Origin: Candidatus Altimarinota bacterium | GTDB taxonomy: Bacteria; Patescibacteriota; Gracilibacteria; CAIRYL01 | Direction: 5' to 3' | DNA length: 64,000 nucleotides | Assembly: GCA_041739085.1 (NCBI GenBank) | Contig: JBGSON010000014.1 | Location: 13,410 to 77,409, forward strand | In this document: piece after piece, positions 34,845-43,986 of the stretch | Numbering within the stretch: the stretch's first letter is position 1 | Layout of the letters: every line of letters starts with the position of its first letter | The notes under the pieces: model-generated | The model's database searches: none | What the model was told of the DNA's origin: nothing | The model's input: the letters and a program-made list of their open reading frames with translations, nothing else | Translations under genes and position numbers: made by a program

Positions 34845-37649
34845 CTATCCCATGAAATATTTCGTGAGAAATCCTCTCCGTGTCTCGCGCTGGACTTCCG
34901 GGATGTCTGCTTTTCCTTTATTTTTATCAGAGGCTTCCAATGCATCGACTTCCCCGTGCAGGATTTGGATCGCCAAGAGACAGGTAAGAAAATCCCAACC
35001 GGCAGCAAAATGATTCTCATGAGGAAGTGATTCCGACATATGGAGTTTTTGAACGTCAATATCAATTCCCTGAGCATTGTCCTGAGACTCAAGAATCACA
35101 AATTTCTCTTGTGAGAAGTTGGGACCGTTCCCGAGTTTCGTGAGATTCCCTGCCGCCTCCGCAATCATTTTCGCAATAATACCAATCTTCATTTTCAACT
35201 GAGGGTGTTCTAGAAAGACAGAATCACCATATTTCCCTGTAAAGAAAGAGAACAGGACGTTTTCAGCGAAGAGATACGCCGCTACATTATCTGCAGTGGC
35301 AGAGATGCCCGCTTCCAGGAATATCATAACAGAGATGATTTTTTTTAACTGATCCCCTGTCGGACGATCTCCATTTTTGACTCCTGCGGCAATAGGAAGT
35401 ACCAGTTTTGCAAACCGAGCAATTCCCGGAACACTCGGAATCTGCGTAAGAAGCGCCCAGAGCACTTCCCTTGCGCTGTGACTCAAGGATCCTTGGAGCA
35501 CTTCCATCTTTCTCATGAGTTCGGATTTTTTCTCCGCGTCACCGGTGAGCACATGATGTCCGTGGGAATCCCTTCCCCTAGATCCTTGGCGTTCACTCGC
35601 TTCCTCACCGAGTCCGGGGATGGGATCCGATAATCCTTCAAGTGACGTCAATGATCGGAGTGCTTCTCCTACGGTGTTCCCGTCCGTCTGCAACAGTATC
35701 TGCCGGATTCTCTCCGAATTCCCCTCTTTCGCCATGGCATCCATCGCACGCGCGCTCCTGCTCTCTCCATCATCAAAACATGTGATGTCTCCAAAGAGTT
35801 CCTCAATGATCTTCTGCGCACGGGTAATCGATCCGAGTGCTTCTTCGGAGCTTCCCGGTGTATCCGGCGAAGCAGCATTCTCAGTGGCGCGCTCTTTCGC
35901 TTCCCGAATGAGATCCTCATCATTCCAGTCCGGATGCCCGCCCCGGAGAGACTCAACTGCCACATAGAACTCATCTGTATGGACTCCCCTCTCTGCGTAT
36001 CCGGCAAAAAGTGAAGCGATGCGATCGGCTTTTGCAGATTGGAGAGCCCCTTCAATATCTCCCATCGCCTGTTCCAGACCCGCAGTATCCTGCGTCTGAA
36101 AGAGTCTGAAGAGATGCGGATAAATCTTCGCATGAAAGAAATGGTCGTTCCAGATATTGAGTTGGGAGACCTTCCTCAGAAAGTCGTCCCTCCGCGCATT
36201 GAGATGATGGAGCGATGCCACTTTTTTACTGATGTAGTCCTTCCATCGGAGCTGAAAACAGCTCGCAGGAATACGCCTGAGGACATCTCTCAATTCTTCC
36301 GCTCCCTGAAGTCCATTTTTTTCAAGGGCTCCAATGACCCGGGTTTTGATATCCTCTCCCTTCATTCTCTGCGCCATACGGACTGAAGGTTCCTGAACGA
36401 CCGTCCGTCCGAGCGCCTGTACTGTATCAATCTGACTCTGGAGAAACTTCCCCGGCATGCTCAGCGGTTTTGCGCGAACTTCGGCAAGCCAAGCGAGATT
36501 GAGCGAGAGGGTAGAGATCTCGGAATAGATTCCACCGATGGAATGGGCCGCAAGGAGAGTTTCAGGACTCCGGTGGTAATTGATGGCAAAATAAATCTCA
36601 GGGGGATCGCCCAGAAGCCATGTTCCCTGAATATTCGCCCCGAGTGTGAGCATGAGTTTCGAAAATCCCCTTGGCCCATTGAAATGCAATTCCGCTCTCC
36701 TCGATGCGGCTTCATGTATTTCATTTCTGTCGATAATACTCTCTCCTGAAGCTTCTTCAGGCGATTTGCTCTCAAATTTCATTTCATGCTCTCTCATTTT
36801 CTCTCTCCATTCCAAAACAGCCATGGCGTACGACTGTTCATAGAGCATGCGAAAAATATCCTTCTTCATCGTATTTGCGAGTGACGAAGAGGTGTATGTC
36901 GTTCCGAGGGGCGCGAGTACTGTTGTCACCGCGGCAATGTGAGCTGTTTTCGTAACGATATCACTATTGATCTTCTCGAGGTATTCTCTCCAAACATCAG
37001 CTCCTTCACTGAGTTCCGGTCTTTTCACGTCCTCATAATTCATCTCCCGGTTCATCATCCCCTCCACTTTGCGGAATATCTCGTGCGGATTCACTTTCAG
37101 TTCTGTCGTGGTGAGATCGGAGAGAAAGACGAGGATGGGGAGCGGGATAAGTCCTCCTTTGATCTCATGGAGTTCTTCCTTACCGAGATGGCCACCTTCC
37201 TTCCCTCCGAATGCTTTGAGGAGCATGACCCTTCCGACAGCAATGAGGTTCATTTCCAGTGCCGACCTCGGCCCGAGATCAATTCCCTTTATCGCGCTTC
37301 CATACCCGACATGACGGACAAAATTCGCGAGCACTGCTGTTGCGGTTCCCCAATCCAGCCATTCCGGAATATCCTTTTCGTGAATCGCTTCATGGGTCTG
37401 CGGTCCGGAACGTTCATGGTCCAACTGCGTTGCATCTGACTCTTTCGGCTCATCCTCAGCCATAACCTCGTTATCCATTGCCGCAACCATGGCTGCTGTT
37501 CCAATACCGAGTTTTGTCATGATCGCAATAAAATCCTGACGGGATATGCGAGCATAGAGAATCCCTTCTTCTTCACCGCGGGGATACTGCTGTTCACCGG
37601 AAACAGGAAAGACCGGAGACCCTTCTGATGCATTTTTTTTGGGCTTCAT
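34845..37649 (-). CDS. large orphan protein (934 aa)
   Basis: Uninterrupted ORF with an ATG start. The N-terminus ..ISRQDFIAIMTKLGIGTAAMVAAM looks vaguely Tat-signal-like but lacks the RR pair. A stretch LGANIQGTWLLGDPPEIYFAI faintly recalls ion-transporter-superfamily permeases. No firm family assignment. Confidence 0.75.
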   Translation of the reverse strand: MKPKKNASEGSPVFPVSGEQQYPRGEEEGILYARISRQDFIAIMTKLGIGTAAMVAAMDNEVMAEDEPKESDATQLDHERSGPQTHEAIHEKDIPEWLDWGTATAVLANFVRHVGYGSAIKGIDLGPRSALEMNLIAVGRVMLLKAFGGKEGGHLGKEELHEIKGGLIPLPILVFLSDLTTTELKVNPHEIFRKVEGMMNREMNYEDVKRPELSEGADVWREYLEKINSDIVTKTAHIAAVTTVLAPLGTTYTSSSLANTMKKDIFRMLYEQSYAMAVLEWREKMREHEMKFESKSPEEASGESIIDRNEIHEAASRRAELHFNGPRGFSKLMLTLGANIQGTWLLGDPPEIYFAINYHRSPETLLAAHSIGGIYSEISTLSLNLAWLAEVRAKPLSMPGKFLQSQIDTVQALGRTVVQEPSVRMAQRMKGEDIKTRVIGALEKNGLQGAEELRDVLRRIPASCFQLRWKDYISKKVASLHHLNARRDDFLRKVSQLNIWNDHFFHAKIYPHLFRLFQTQDTAGLEQAMGDIEGALQSAKADRIASLFAGYAERGVHTDEFYVAVESLRGGHPDWNDEDLIREAKERATENAASPDTPGSSEEALGSITRAQKIIEELFGDITCFDDGESRSARAMDAMAKEGNSERIRQILLQTDGNTVGEALRSLTSLEGLSDPIPGLGEEASERQGSRGRDSHGHHVLTGDAEKKSELMRKMEVLQGSLSHSAREVLWALLTQIPSVPGIARFAKLVLPIAAGVKNGDRPTGDQLKKIISVMIFLEAGISATADNVAAYLFAENVLFSFFTGKYGDSVFLEHPQLKMKIGIIAKMIAEAAGNLTKLGNGPNFSQEKFVILESQDNAQGIDIDVQKLHMSESLPHENHFAAGWDFLTCLLAIQILHGEVDALEASDKNKGKADIPEVQRETRRGFLTKYFMG

Positions 37650-37786
37650 AGAGAATAATCATGAATAAAAAGGAAGTCATCATTCAAAGGGAAAATGCGC
37701 AGAGAGTCAACGGATTTTTTTCATAAATTTTTTCTATTGAATGTATATTCCACTTGTCTTCAAAATATCGTATGGAGAAAAGTCCG

Positions 37787-39007
37787 TTATTCAGAAAGGA
37801 ACTTCCTGTTTTCAATATCTTTCGGAAGGTATTTCTTTTGCATTGCCCCTTCGGGATCATTATGGGGATATGCATATCCTTTCCCGTATCCGAGATCTTT
37901 GAGCAAATCGGTCGATGCGTTCCGGATGTGGAGCGGGATTGGAAGGTTTCCGGACTTTTTCACTTCCTGGAGCGCTGACTCTATAGCAAGGTACGCACGG
38001 TTGTTCTTCGGAGCTTTTGCGAGATATACAGCGACATGTCCTAAGTTGATGCGGATCTCCGGGAGACCGATCTTCTCCGCGGCATGGAAAGAGGACATGG
38101 CAAGGGGAAGCGCATTCGGGTCGGCAAGTCCAATATCTTCCGAAGCGAAGACCACCATCCTTCGTGCGATGAACCGGGGATCCTCTCCTCCTTCGATCAT
38201 CCTCGCGAGATAATAGACTGCGGCGTCCGCATCCGACGCCCTCATGCTCTTGATGAAGGCTGAGATCGTCTGGTAATGCTCATCAGCATCCTTATCAAAA
38301 CGAAGCGCTTTATGCTGAGCGATGCCTTCAAAAACGGAAAGAGGAATCTCCTTCTCTTTCGTGCTCTCCGCTGCACTTTCGAGAAGGGTGAGGAGTATCC
38401 TGGCATCTCCCATGGATGCGGAAATGAGAAATTCTTCGGCATCTTTCTTGATCCTTCTTTGCAGAGCAGAAAGGCCATTTTTGAGGACTGTCTTCAGTGC
38501 CTCCCGATCGAGTGTCTTCAGGAGAAAAATCCTCACCCGAGAGAGAAGCGCTGAGTTCAGTGAAAACGAAGGATTCTCCGTCGTCGCCCCGACGAGATAG
38601 AATGTTCCTCTCTCCACGTGGGGAAGGAGGACATCCTGCTGTGATTTTGACAGGCGATGGATCTCATCGATGAACAGGATGGTCTTCTCTCCCTGCATTT
38701 CAAGCCTGCGTTCACTCTCTCCTGCGATCGTCCTCATTTCCTTCACCCCATCACTCACTGCTGAAAACGGAACAAAATATGCCTTTTTCTCATGCGCAAA
38801 AATCCTTGCAATCGTTGTTTTCCCGGTCCCGGGAGGTCCCCAGAAGACAAAAGAGATCATTCCATCGGATGCCAGGAGTTTTGTGAGAGGGGCATCCTCC
38901 CCGACAAGGTGCCCCTGGCCCTTCACATCAGAAAGCCTGAGGGGACGGAGTTTTTCTGCGAGAGGAACGAGCAGCCGGCGCTTTTCTGAGAAAAGGTTAT
39001 CCATCAT
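37787..39007 (-). CDS. rarA: replication-associated recombination protein A (AAA+ ATPase)
   Basis: FWGPPGTGKTTIARIFA, ILFIDEIHRLSKSQQD, GATTENPSF, C-terminal MgsA-like ARMIEGGEDPRFIARR. Confidence 0.9.
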   Translation of the reverse strand: MMDNLFSEKRRLLVPLAEKLRPLRLSDVKGQGHLVGEDAPLTKLLASDGMISFVFWGPPGTGKTTIARIFAHEKKAYFVPFSAVSDGVKEMRTIAGESERRLEMQGEKTILFIDEIHRLSKSQQDVLLPHVERGTFYLVGATTENPSFSLNSALLSRVRIFLLKTLDREALKTVLKNGLSALQRRIKKDAEEFLISASMGDARILLTLLESAAESTKEKEIPLSVFEGIAQHKALRFDKDADEHYQTISAFIKSMRASDADAAVYYLARMIEGGEDPRFIARRMVVFASEDIGLADPNALPLAMSSFHAAEKIGLPEIRINLGHVAVYLAKAPKNNRAYLAIESALQEVKKSGNLPIPLHIRNASTDLLKDLGYGKGYAYPHNDPEGAMQKKYLPKDIENRKFLSE

Positions 39008-40081
39008 TCAAAAGAAATCAGGAAAGAGTGATCCCAGCTTTTTCTTTTCCTTCCGTGCAACAGACCTCAGTCGCGACTGGAGGACCGCCCTCTTTTTGAG
39101 AAGGCTGTCCGCTTTATTTGAGAGAAGGACTCGGGAGGGTATTTTCGAAAGAGAAAACTCCGAAAGGCCGCAACTCTTAAGAAAATCCATCATCTTCGGT
39201 CGGGAAGAAATCGCAAGGAATGGCGTTTCAGAGAGAAGAGAGAGGATGATCGCATGGAGCCTGTTCCCGAGCAGTAATTTTGAGGAGACAATCTTTTCCC
39301 TGAGCTCATCGAGTGATCCCGGTATAGTCACGGGAATGGCCAGTATTCGACCGAGAAGATCATCTCTCGATCCTCGGGTTTGCATCGAAAGAAATTCGAC
39401 GGGAATCTTCTTCCCCTTACAGTATTTCACGAATGACTGCACATGCTTTGTCTCATCCTCCGAAAGATCTTCTCGCCGCAGGGAGATGAGGATCCCCTTT
39501 CTCTTCTTCCATTCTCGTCTTTTTTGAGGGAGAGCCATTGCCGGATCGGTGGAGAGGGAGATCCTCAACTCCGGGACCCCCATTTTTATGAGTGCCTCCT
39601 GAGAACGATGATCCCGTACCGAAAAGAAAGGAATTGACCGGAAAAGCCTCGCAGTCTTCTCTGCAGAAGCCTGTGAAAGGAATGGACCGATCGAATTTCC
39701 GATGATGAGGATCCTTTTCCCGAAGGAACGGCATCGCTGAAGATAAGAACACCATATAGCGAGGGCTCTTTTCGGCTGCTCCTGAAAAAGTCCTCCTCCC
39801 CCGAATATGACATAATCCGCATCCCGAATGGCACTCCTCGTGCTGAGCCATTTTCCCGGAGCAAGGAATCCCTTGAGATACGACCGTATTCCACATGGCG
39901 GTGGCGGAACGCTTGGGATTCCGTGATCTCTCATTATGTTCTCAGGGAATGGAGAGACTGCTGTGACATCCCATTTGTCCTCATTGATGAGCTTCAGCAT
40001 TCCATCCAGAATTGCTTCATCACCCCAGTTTGGAAGTCCGTAATGGCCGAATATGAGAAGTTTTTTCTTCTTTTGGATCAT
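39008..40081 (-). CDS. polysaccharide pyruvyl transferase-family protein (CsaB-like)
   Basis: LIFGHYGLPNWGDEAILDGML, VIFGGGGLFQE. Confidence 0.7.
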   Translation of the reverse strand: MIQKKKKLLIFGHYGLPNWGDEAILDGMLKLINEDKWDVTAVSPFPENIMRDHGIPSVPPPPCGIRSYLKGFLAPGKWLSTRSAIRDADYVIFGGGGLFQEQPKRALAIWCSYLQRCRSFGKRILIIGNSIGPFLSQASAEKTARLFRSIPFFSVRDHRSQEALIKMGVPELRISLSTDPAMALPQKRREWKKRKGILISLRREDLSEDETKHVQSFVKYCKGKKIPVEFLSMQTRGSRDDLLGRILAIPVTIPGSLDELREKIVSSKLLLGNRLHAIILSLLSETPFLAISSRPKMMDFLKSCGLSEFSLSKIPSRVLLSNKADSLLKKRAVLQSRLRSVARKEKKKLGSLFPDFF

Positions 40082-40134
40082 GGTTCAGGCTGGTATCTCT
40101 GACAAGTCTTCCACAAATATCCTCATTATTCCAT

Positions 40135-40165
40135 CAGAAAAAACCCTCTCTCCGTGGAAGGAGAT
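40135..40165 (-). terminator. weak rho-independent terminator after rplS
   Basis: On the minus strand: TCTCC-ttccac-GGAGA, then GAGGGTTTTTTCT. Confidence 0.35.
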
Positions 40166-40196
40166 ACGCATTCCTCCTGGTACAGGAAAATGAGTA

Positions 40197-40730
40197 TTAT
40201 TCTTTATCCGGAGATATCTGGTTTTCAGGAGAAGTATCCTCCTGAGCACTGTCTACAGACTTCTTTGCAGCCTCCTCCTCTTCCTTCTTCTTCTGTTCTT
40301 CTTCATGGTGGATCGCTTCTTCCACTTCCTCCTCCGTGACCTCATGCGGCATCATCGCCTTCAGTTCTGCTTCCGAATAGAACCGCTCCTGGAGCCTTGC
40401 TGATTTTCCGCTCCGCCCCCTCATAAAAAAGATCCGCGAATGTCTTACCTTCGCCTCTTTCACGAATTCGATCTTCTCGATGAACGGAGAATACACGGGA
40501 AATACCTTTTCCACGCCGATGCCGTCGACGATCTTCCGGACGGTGATCATGGAATAGACACTGGAAGGATTTTTTACTTCAATAATAAGCCCCTGGAACA
40601 TCTGGACACGTTCTTTTTCCCCTTCTTTGATCTTCTGAAAGACCCGGACAGTCTGTCCGGCTTTAAATCGAGGAAGTTTCTTTTTTGTCTTAACTTCCAT
40701 TTTGAGTTCTTCCAATCTCACCTTTTCCAT
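40197..40730 (-). CDS. rplS: 50S ribosomal protein L19 with an acidic C-terminal extension of about 50 aa
   Basis: PRFKAGQTVRV, ERVQMFQGLIIEV, ITVRKIVDGIGVEKVFPVYSP. Tail EVTEEEVEEAIHHEEEQKKKEEEEAAKK. Confidence 0.9.
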   Translation of the reverse strand: MEKVRLEELKMEVKTKKKLPRFKAGQTVRVFQKIKEGEKERVQMFQGLIIEVKNPSSVYSMITVRKIVDGIGVEKVFPVYSPFIEKIEFVKEAKVRHSRIFFMRGRSGKSARLQERFYSEAELKAMMPHEVTEEEVEEAIHHEEEQKKKEEEEAAKKSVDSAQEDTSPENQISPDKE

Positions 40731-40759
40731 ATGGGACGAATTATGAAATGAAGATAATA

Positions 40760-41362
40760 CTATCGCCCTTTCTTTTTCTCGATGACCTTGCTCAGTTTAT
40801 TGATGGCAATGACATTACGCTCATCATTGAGGAGGTTGTTTACAAATTTATCATTGCATTCAACCCTGTAGAGAAAGTCGCTCCGAGAAAGCACAGTAAA
40901 TCGAACGGGCTTGTCGTGCTGAATTTCCTCGGAAGTGTACTTTGTTAGTTTGTCTTTGTCAACATTACCCACGATGAAGAGGTCAACAGGCGAACCGGTA
41001 GTCCCGACGAATATTCCGGAAAGGACGAGGAGTTCCATTTTTCCCATTTTCTGGATTTTTTTTACGATATCTCCCCCCGATGCTTTTTCTTTTTGAAACA
41101 TCGAAGAAAGTTCGGGATAGATGATAAAGGACTGATCAAGAAAATAGAATTTTTTTCTGTCCTTATTCCGGCATTTGAGAAAGCCGATCCGCTTGAGATT
41201 GTTCAGTTCCCTTCGTACAGAATTGATCTGCTCATCCAATAACCTTGTCAGCTCACGAATAAAGTACTCCTGCTCTGGATTGAGGAGGAATGTGCGCAAA
41301 AGTTTTATTCGAGTGTTCGAGGAAAATAAAGCCTTTAGCATACGAGTAGGAAAGAGTGACAT
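40760..41362 (-). CDS. winged-helix (ArsR-like) transcriptional regulator
   Basis: SNTRIKLLRTFLLNPEQEYFIRELTRLLDEQINSVRRELNNLKRIGFL. GTG at 41365, ATG at 41362. Confidence 0.65.
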   Translation of the reverse strand: MSLFPTRMLKALFSSNTRIKLLRTFLLNPEQEYFIRELTRLLDEQINSVRRELNNLKRIGFLKCRNKDRKKFYFLDQSFIIYPELSSMFQKEKASGGDIVKKIQKMGKMELLVLSGIFVGTTGSPVDLFIVGNVDKDKLTKYTSEEIQHDKPVRFTVLSRSDFLYRVECNDKFVNNLLNDERNVIAINKLSKVIEKKKGR

Positions 41363-41369
41363 CACTGAC

Positions 41370-41381
41370 TATGTGCACATA
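41370..41381. promoter_or_regulatory. perfect palindrome TATGTGCACATA just upstream of the regulator start, followed by TTTTATG-caca-CATAAAA
   Basis: Read directly. Candidate autoregulatory operator. Confidence 0.25.
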
Positions 41382-41522
41382 TTTTATGCACACATAAAAA
41401 CAGAATGCAATACTTTTTTTTAAATACGGGTGAATAAGGCTCTATGAAGCGAAATATCAATGAATATCTTTTAGAGTCATGAGTACTTTCTCAGAACATG
41501 AACACAAGAATTTATGAATACA

Positions 41523-41741
41523 TTATTTATTCTTTCTAGAGAATATGCCCTTAACAAAGGCCATAACAAAGAATCCCCAAATTGCACCATAGAGAGCGAA
41601 CAGCAAAAAAGCATATCCGAGAGATGATCTTCCGAAGGTGATAAAGAAGAAATAATCTGAATTATGGGGAAGGTTTGCAACAAACATGATCCCTCCGGTC
41701 GTTGTGAGAAGAATCGCCATGAAAAAAACAAATAGCTTCAT
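41523..41741 (-). CDS. small two-TM membrane protein (hypothetical)
   Basis: 72 aa with two hydrophobic segments (FVFFMAILLTTTGGIMFV; LLFALYGAIWGFFVMAFV) and an ATG start. Confidence 0.4.
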   Translation of the reverse strand: MKLFVFFMAILLTTTGGIMFVANLPHNSDYFFFITFGRSSLGYAFLLFALYGAIWGFFVMAFVKGIFSRKNK

Positions 41742-41810
41742 ATTTTTTTGAAAAATCGATTTCTATTTTCTCATATTTTCTGGAAGATTACATATGCACC
41801 ATGGCACTCT

Positions 41811-42464
41811 ATGGAGATTGCTCAACACATTTCGGCAATTCTGACGACTCTGACCCGGTTCCCAGCGGCAAAGCTTCTTGTCGTGACGAAGAAGAGGAGC
41901 AAAGATGAAATCGAAGAAGCTCTCCGGAGCGGGATCTCCATAATCGGAGAAAACAGGGTCCAGGAAATGGAAGATAAGCACGGGATCTTCACTTCATCGG
42001 TTGAGAAACACCTCATCGGACATCTCCAGACGAATAAGGTGAAAAAGGCTGTCCGCCTCTTTGATGTGATCGAAAGCGTCGATTCCATCGATCTTGCCCG
42101 CTCCATCGATAAAGAATCAGCGAAAGCCGGGATGCGGATGAAGATATTTCTCCAGGTAAATATATCTGATGACATCAAGAAATATGGATTTAAAAGAGAG
42201 GAATTTGTGAATATGTATACATTAATTGCTCAATTGGAACATGTAAAAATATGCGGTCTGATGACCATTCTGAACCTGATGAAGTCAAGTACAGAAGCCA
42301 GATTGTATTATCATGAGATGAAGGCACTGCATACATATTGTATTCATCACTTTGGAATCCCGGCGTCTGATTTTTCACTCTCCATGGGGATGAGCGATGA
42401 CTATGAGATCGCCCTCGAGGAAGGTTCGACGCTCATCCGAATCGGAACAAAGATCTTCGAGTAG
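41811..42464 (+). CDS. yggS: YggS-family pyridoxal-phosphate homeostasis protein
   Basis: LVVTKKRS, IIGENRVQE, HLIGHLQTNKVK, LSMGMSDDYEIALEEGSTLIRIGTKIF. The track start at 41748 is a TTG; the ATG is at 41811. Confidence 0.85.
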   Translation: MEIAQHISAILTTLTRFPAAKLLVVTKKRSKDEIEEALRSGISIIGENRVQEMEDKHGIFTSSVEKHLIGHLQTNKVKKAVRLFDVIESVDSIDLARSIDKESAKAGMRMKIFLQVNISDDIKKYGFKREEFVNMYTLIAQLEHVKICGLMTILNLMKSSTEARLYYHEMKALHTYCIHHFGIPASDFSLSMGMSDDYEIALEEGSTLIRIGTKIFE

Positions 42465-42478
42465 CCTTTTCCCCATAA

Positions 42479-42514
42479 CAAAAAAGCACAATATCTCCTC
42501 ATTGTGCTTTTTTG
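42479..42514 (+). terminator. rho-independent terminator after yggS
   Basis: AAAAAAGCACAAT-atctcctc-ATTGTGCTTTTTT. The flanking A and T runs would allow use in both directions. Confidence 0.75.
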
Positions 42515-43389
42515 TCTTTGTTTTCGGAGTCTCATTCTGACGATCGACTGAGTAGGGCGTGATAGGCCTATCACATATGCGAGATCAAAATGAAGACGGT
42601 GCACTGACCATGCGCATTCCTTCGCTGTCCTTCGGCTCTTTTTACGTCTCGCCATGACGCGGTCTTCCGCTGTTTCAGCATGGAGAGGAGGAGGGCCCTC
42701 TCTCCCCCCAGGGAAGACTTTATTCCTGGGAAAGGATAAAAGAATAAAAATATTTATTTTTTTGGGCGTTTCGGCCGGTCTCTTCCGAAATACCCGTATC
42801 AGAAAGCGAGGAAGACGGAACTTTCTTCCTGAGAACCGTATATTGCCGCTCAAATACCAACATAATAAGCGGCAATATGAATTCTCTTCATGAAGAAAGC
42901 TATGTCTTCCCCACTTTTATGTGGGAAAGCGCTCGAAAGCGGAGATGTGAAGGATCCTTGTTTTTCTATTTGTTTGAGGAAGGGATATATCCCTGAAGAA
43001 TGTGTATTTGTGTTGTTTGTGGTGAAACCCGAGGGGAAGAGATGGAATGCCTCATATATTGTTTTGGAGGCCCTCTCGTTCTTCATGGTTTCATATCATG
43101 ATATGCTCTTCACTCTCTTGGGTCAAAGAATGCCAGTAGGACGATCTCAGGAAATATTTCACGACGATTCATTTGTTTAAGATCGCTTCATAATCAAGCG
43201 GTGTCTTCTCGACACATAAAACTGCCGGCAGAGCGCTTTTACACATGTTTCATCCGATTACATCACGAATCCATCAGGAGGAATTTCACTCTCCTGGTCC
43301 TCTTGAGCATGACCGGATCAGAGACGGCTCATTTCATGGTTGTTGAGTATTCCTCAGTCCTTTTCCAGCCTGACAGGTCTCCATATCGG

Positions 43390-43986
43390 TTAAACATTCT
43401 TCCCCCCGACCGTCACCTGAGCCGGCCTCAGGACTTTACCATGCAAAAAATAACCTTTCTGGTGCTGAGCGACGATCTTTCCCTCTTCACTTTCTGAATC
43501 GATCATGATGGCATGATGGAGATTTGGATCAAACCGAGATCCGAGCGCTTCAATGGGGGTTACCCCCTGTTTCGACAGTTCCTCCACCATCCCTTTTTCG
43601 ATCGCAATGATCCCCCTGCTCCAGTCATGATCTCGGAGAACATCCGGTATTGCATTCATCGCACGATCGAAATTGTCAAGGCTCGGAAGGATGGCAAGGA
43701 GAATATCCTTTGTGCTCTCGAATCGGAGCTGTCCCCTTTCCTCATCCATTCTCCTTCTCATGTTCTGGGCATCGGCAAGCGATCGTAAGGCTTTCAATTT
43801 CCCGTCCTCGATCTCTTTTTCGAGAACAGATATCTTTTCATAAGCAAGATTGATCTCCTTTTCCAGATCCATGATTCTCTGGATTTCGCCAGGTATCTTG
43901 GGAGCTGGTGTTTTCCCATCCTTCGCTGATCTCATGTTGTGGTCAGGCGTCTGGGGCTGCGTTTTCTCGTCCGCTGGTTTTGTCAT
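43390..43986 (-). CDS. grpE: nucleotide exchange factor GrpE
   Basis: LRSLADAQNMRRR, ILPSLDNFDRA, FDPNLHHAIM, KGYFLHGKVLRPAQVTV. The start is at 43986 (overlapping the upstream stop) or 43935. Confidence 0.85.
   Translation of the reverse strand: MTKPADEKTQPQTPDHNMRSAKDGKTPAPKIPGEIQRIMDLEKEINLAYEKISVLEKEIEDGKLKALRSLADAQNMRRRMDEERGQLRFESTKDILLAILPSLDNFDRAMNAIPDVLRDHDWSRGIIAIEKGMVEELSKQGVTPIEALGSRFDPNLHHAIMIDSESEEGKIVAQHQKGYFLHGKVLRPAQVTVGGKNV

Noticed and set aside
34845-37649. Annotating the 934-aa protein as a Tat-exported protein or an ion-transporter permease.
   Set aside because: The putative Tat motif has RQ rather than the twin arginine. The permease-like resemblance rests on one short motif and only weakly hydrophobic segments.
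42401-42853. 150-aa minus-strand ORF in the gene-free region.
   Set aside because: It is extremely Arg/Lys-rich junk-like sequence (RKFRLPRFLIRVFRKRP..., RRKKSRRTAKE). It overlaps the yggS 3' end and the terminator.
42515-43389. RNase P RNA, tmRNA or SRP RNA in the gene-free stretch.
   Set aside because: I looked on both strands for GAGGAAAGTCCGGGC and ACAGAA..CGGCTTA (RNase P), for a GGGG...TTCGAC 5' end with a ...TCCACCA 3' end (tmRNA), and for GGAAGCAGCC (SRP helix 8). I found none. This cannot be fully excluded without covariance-model searches.
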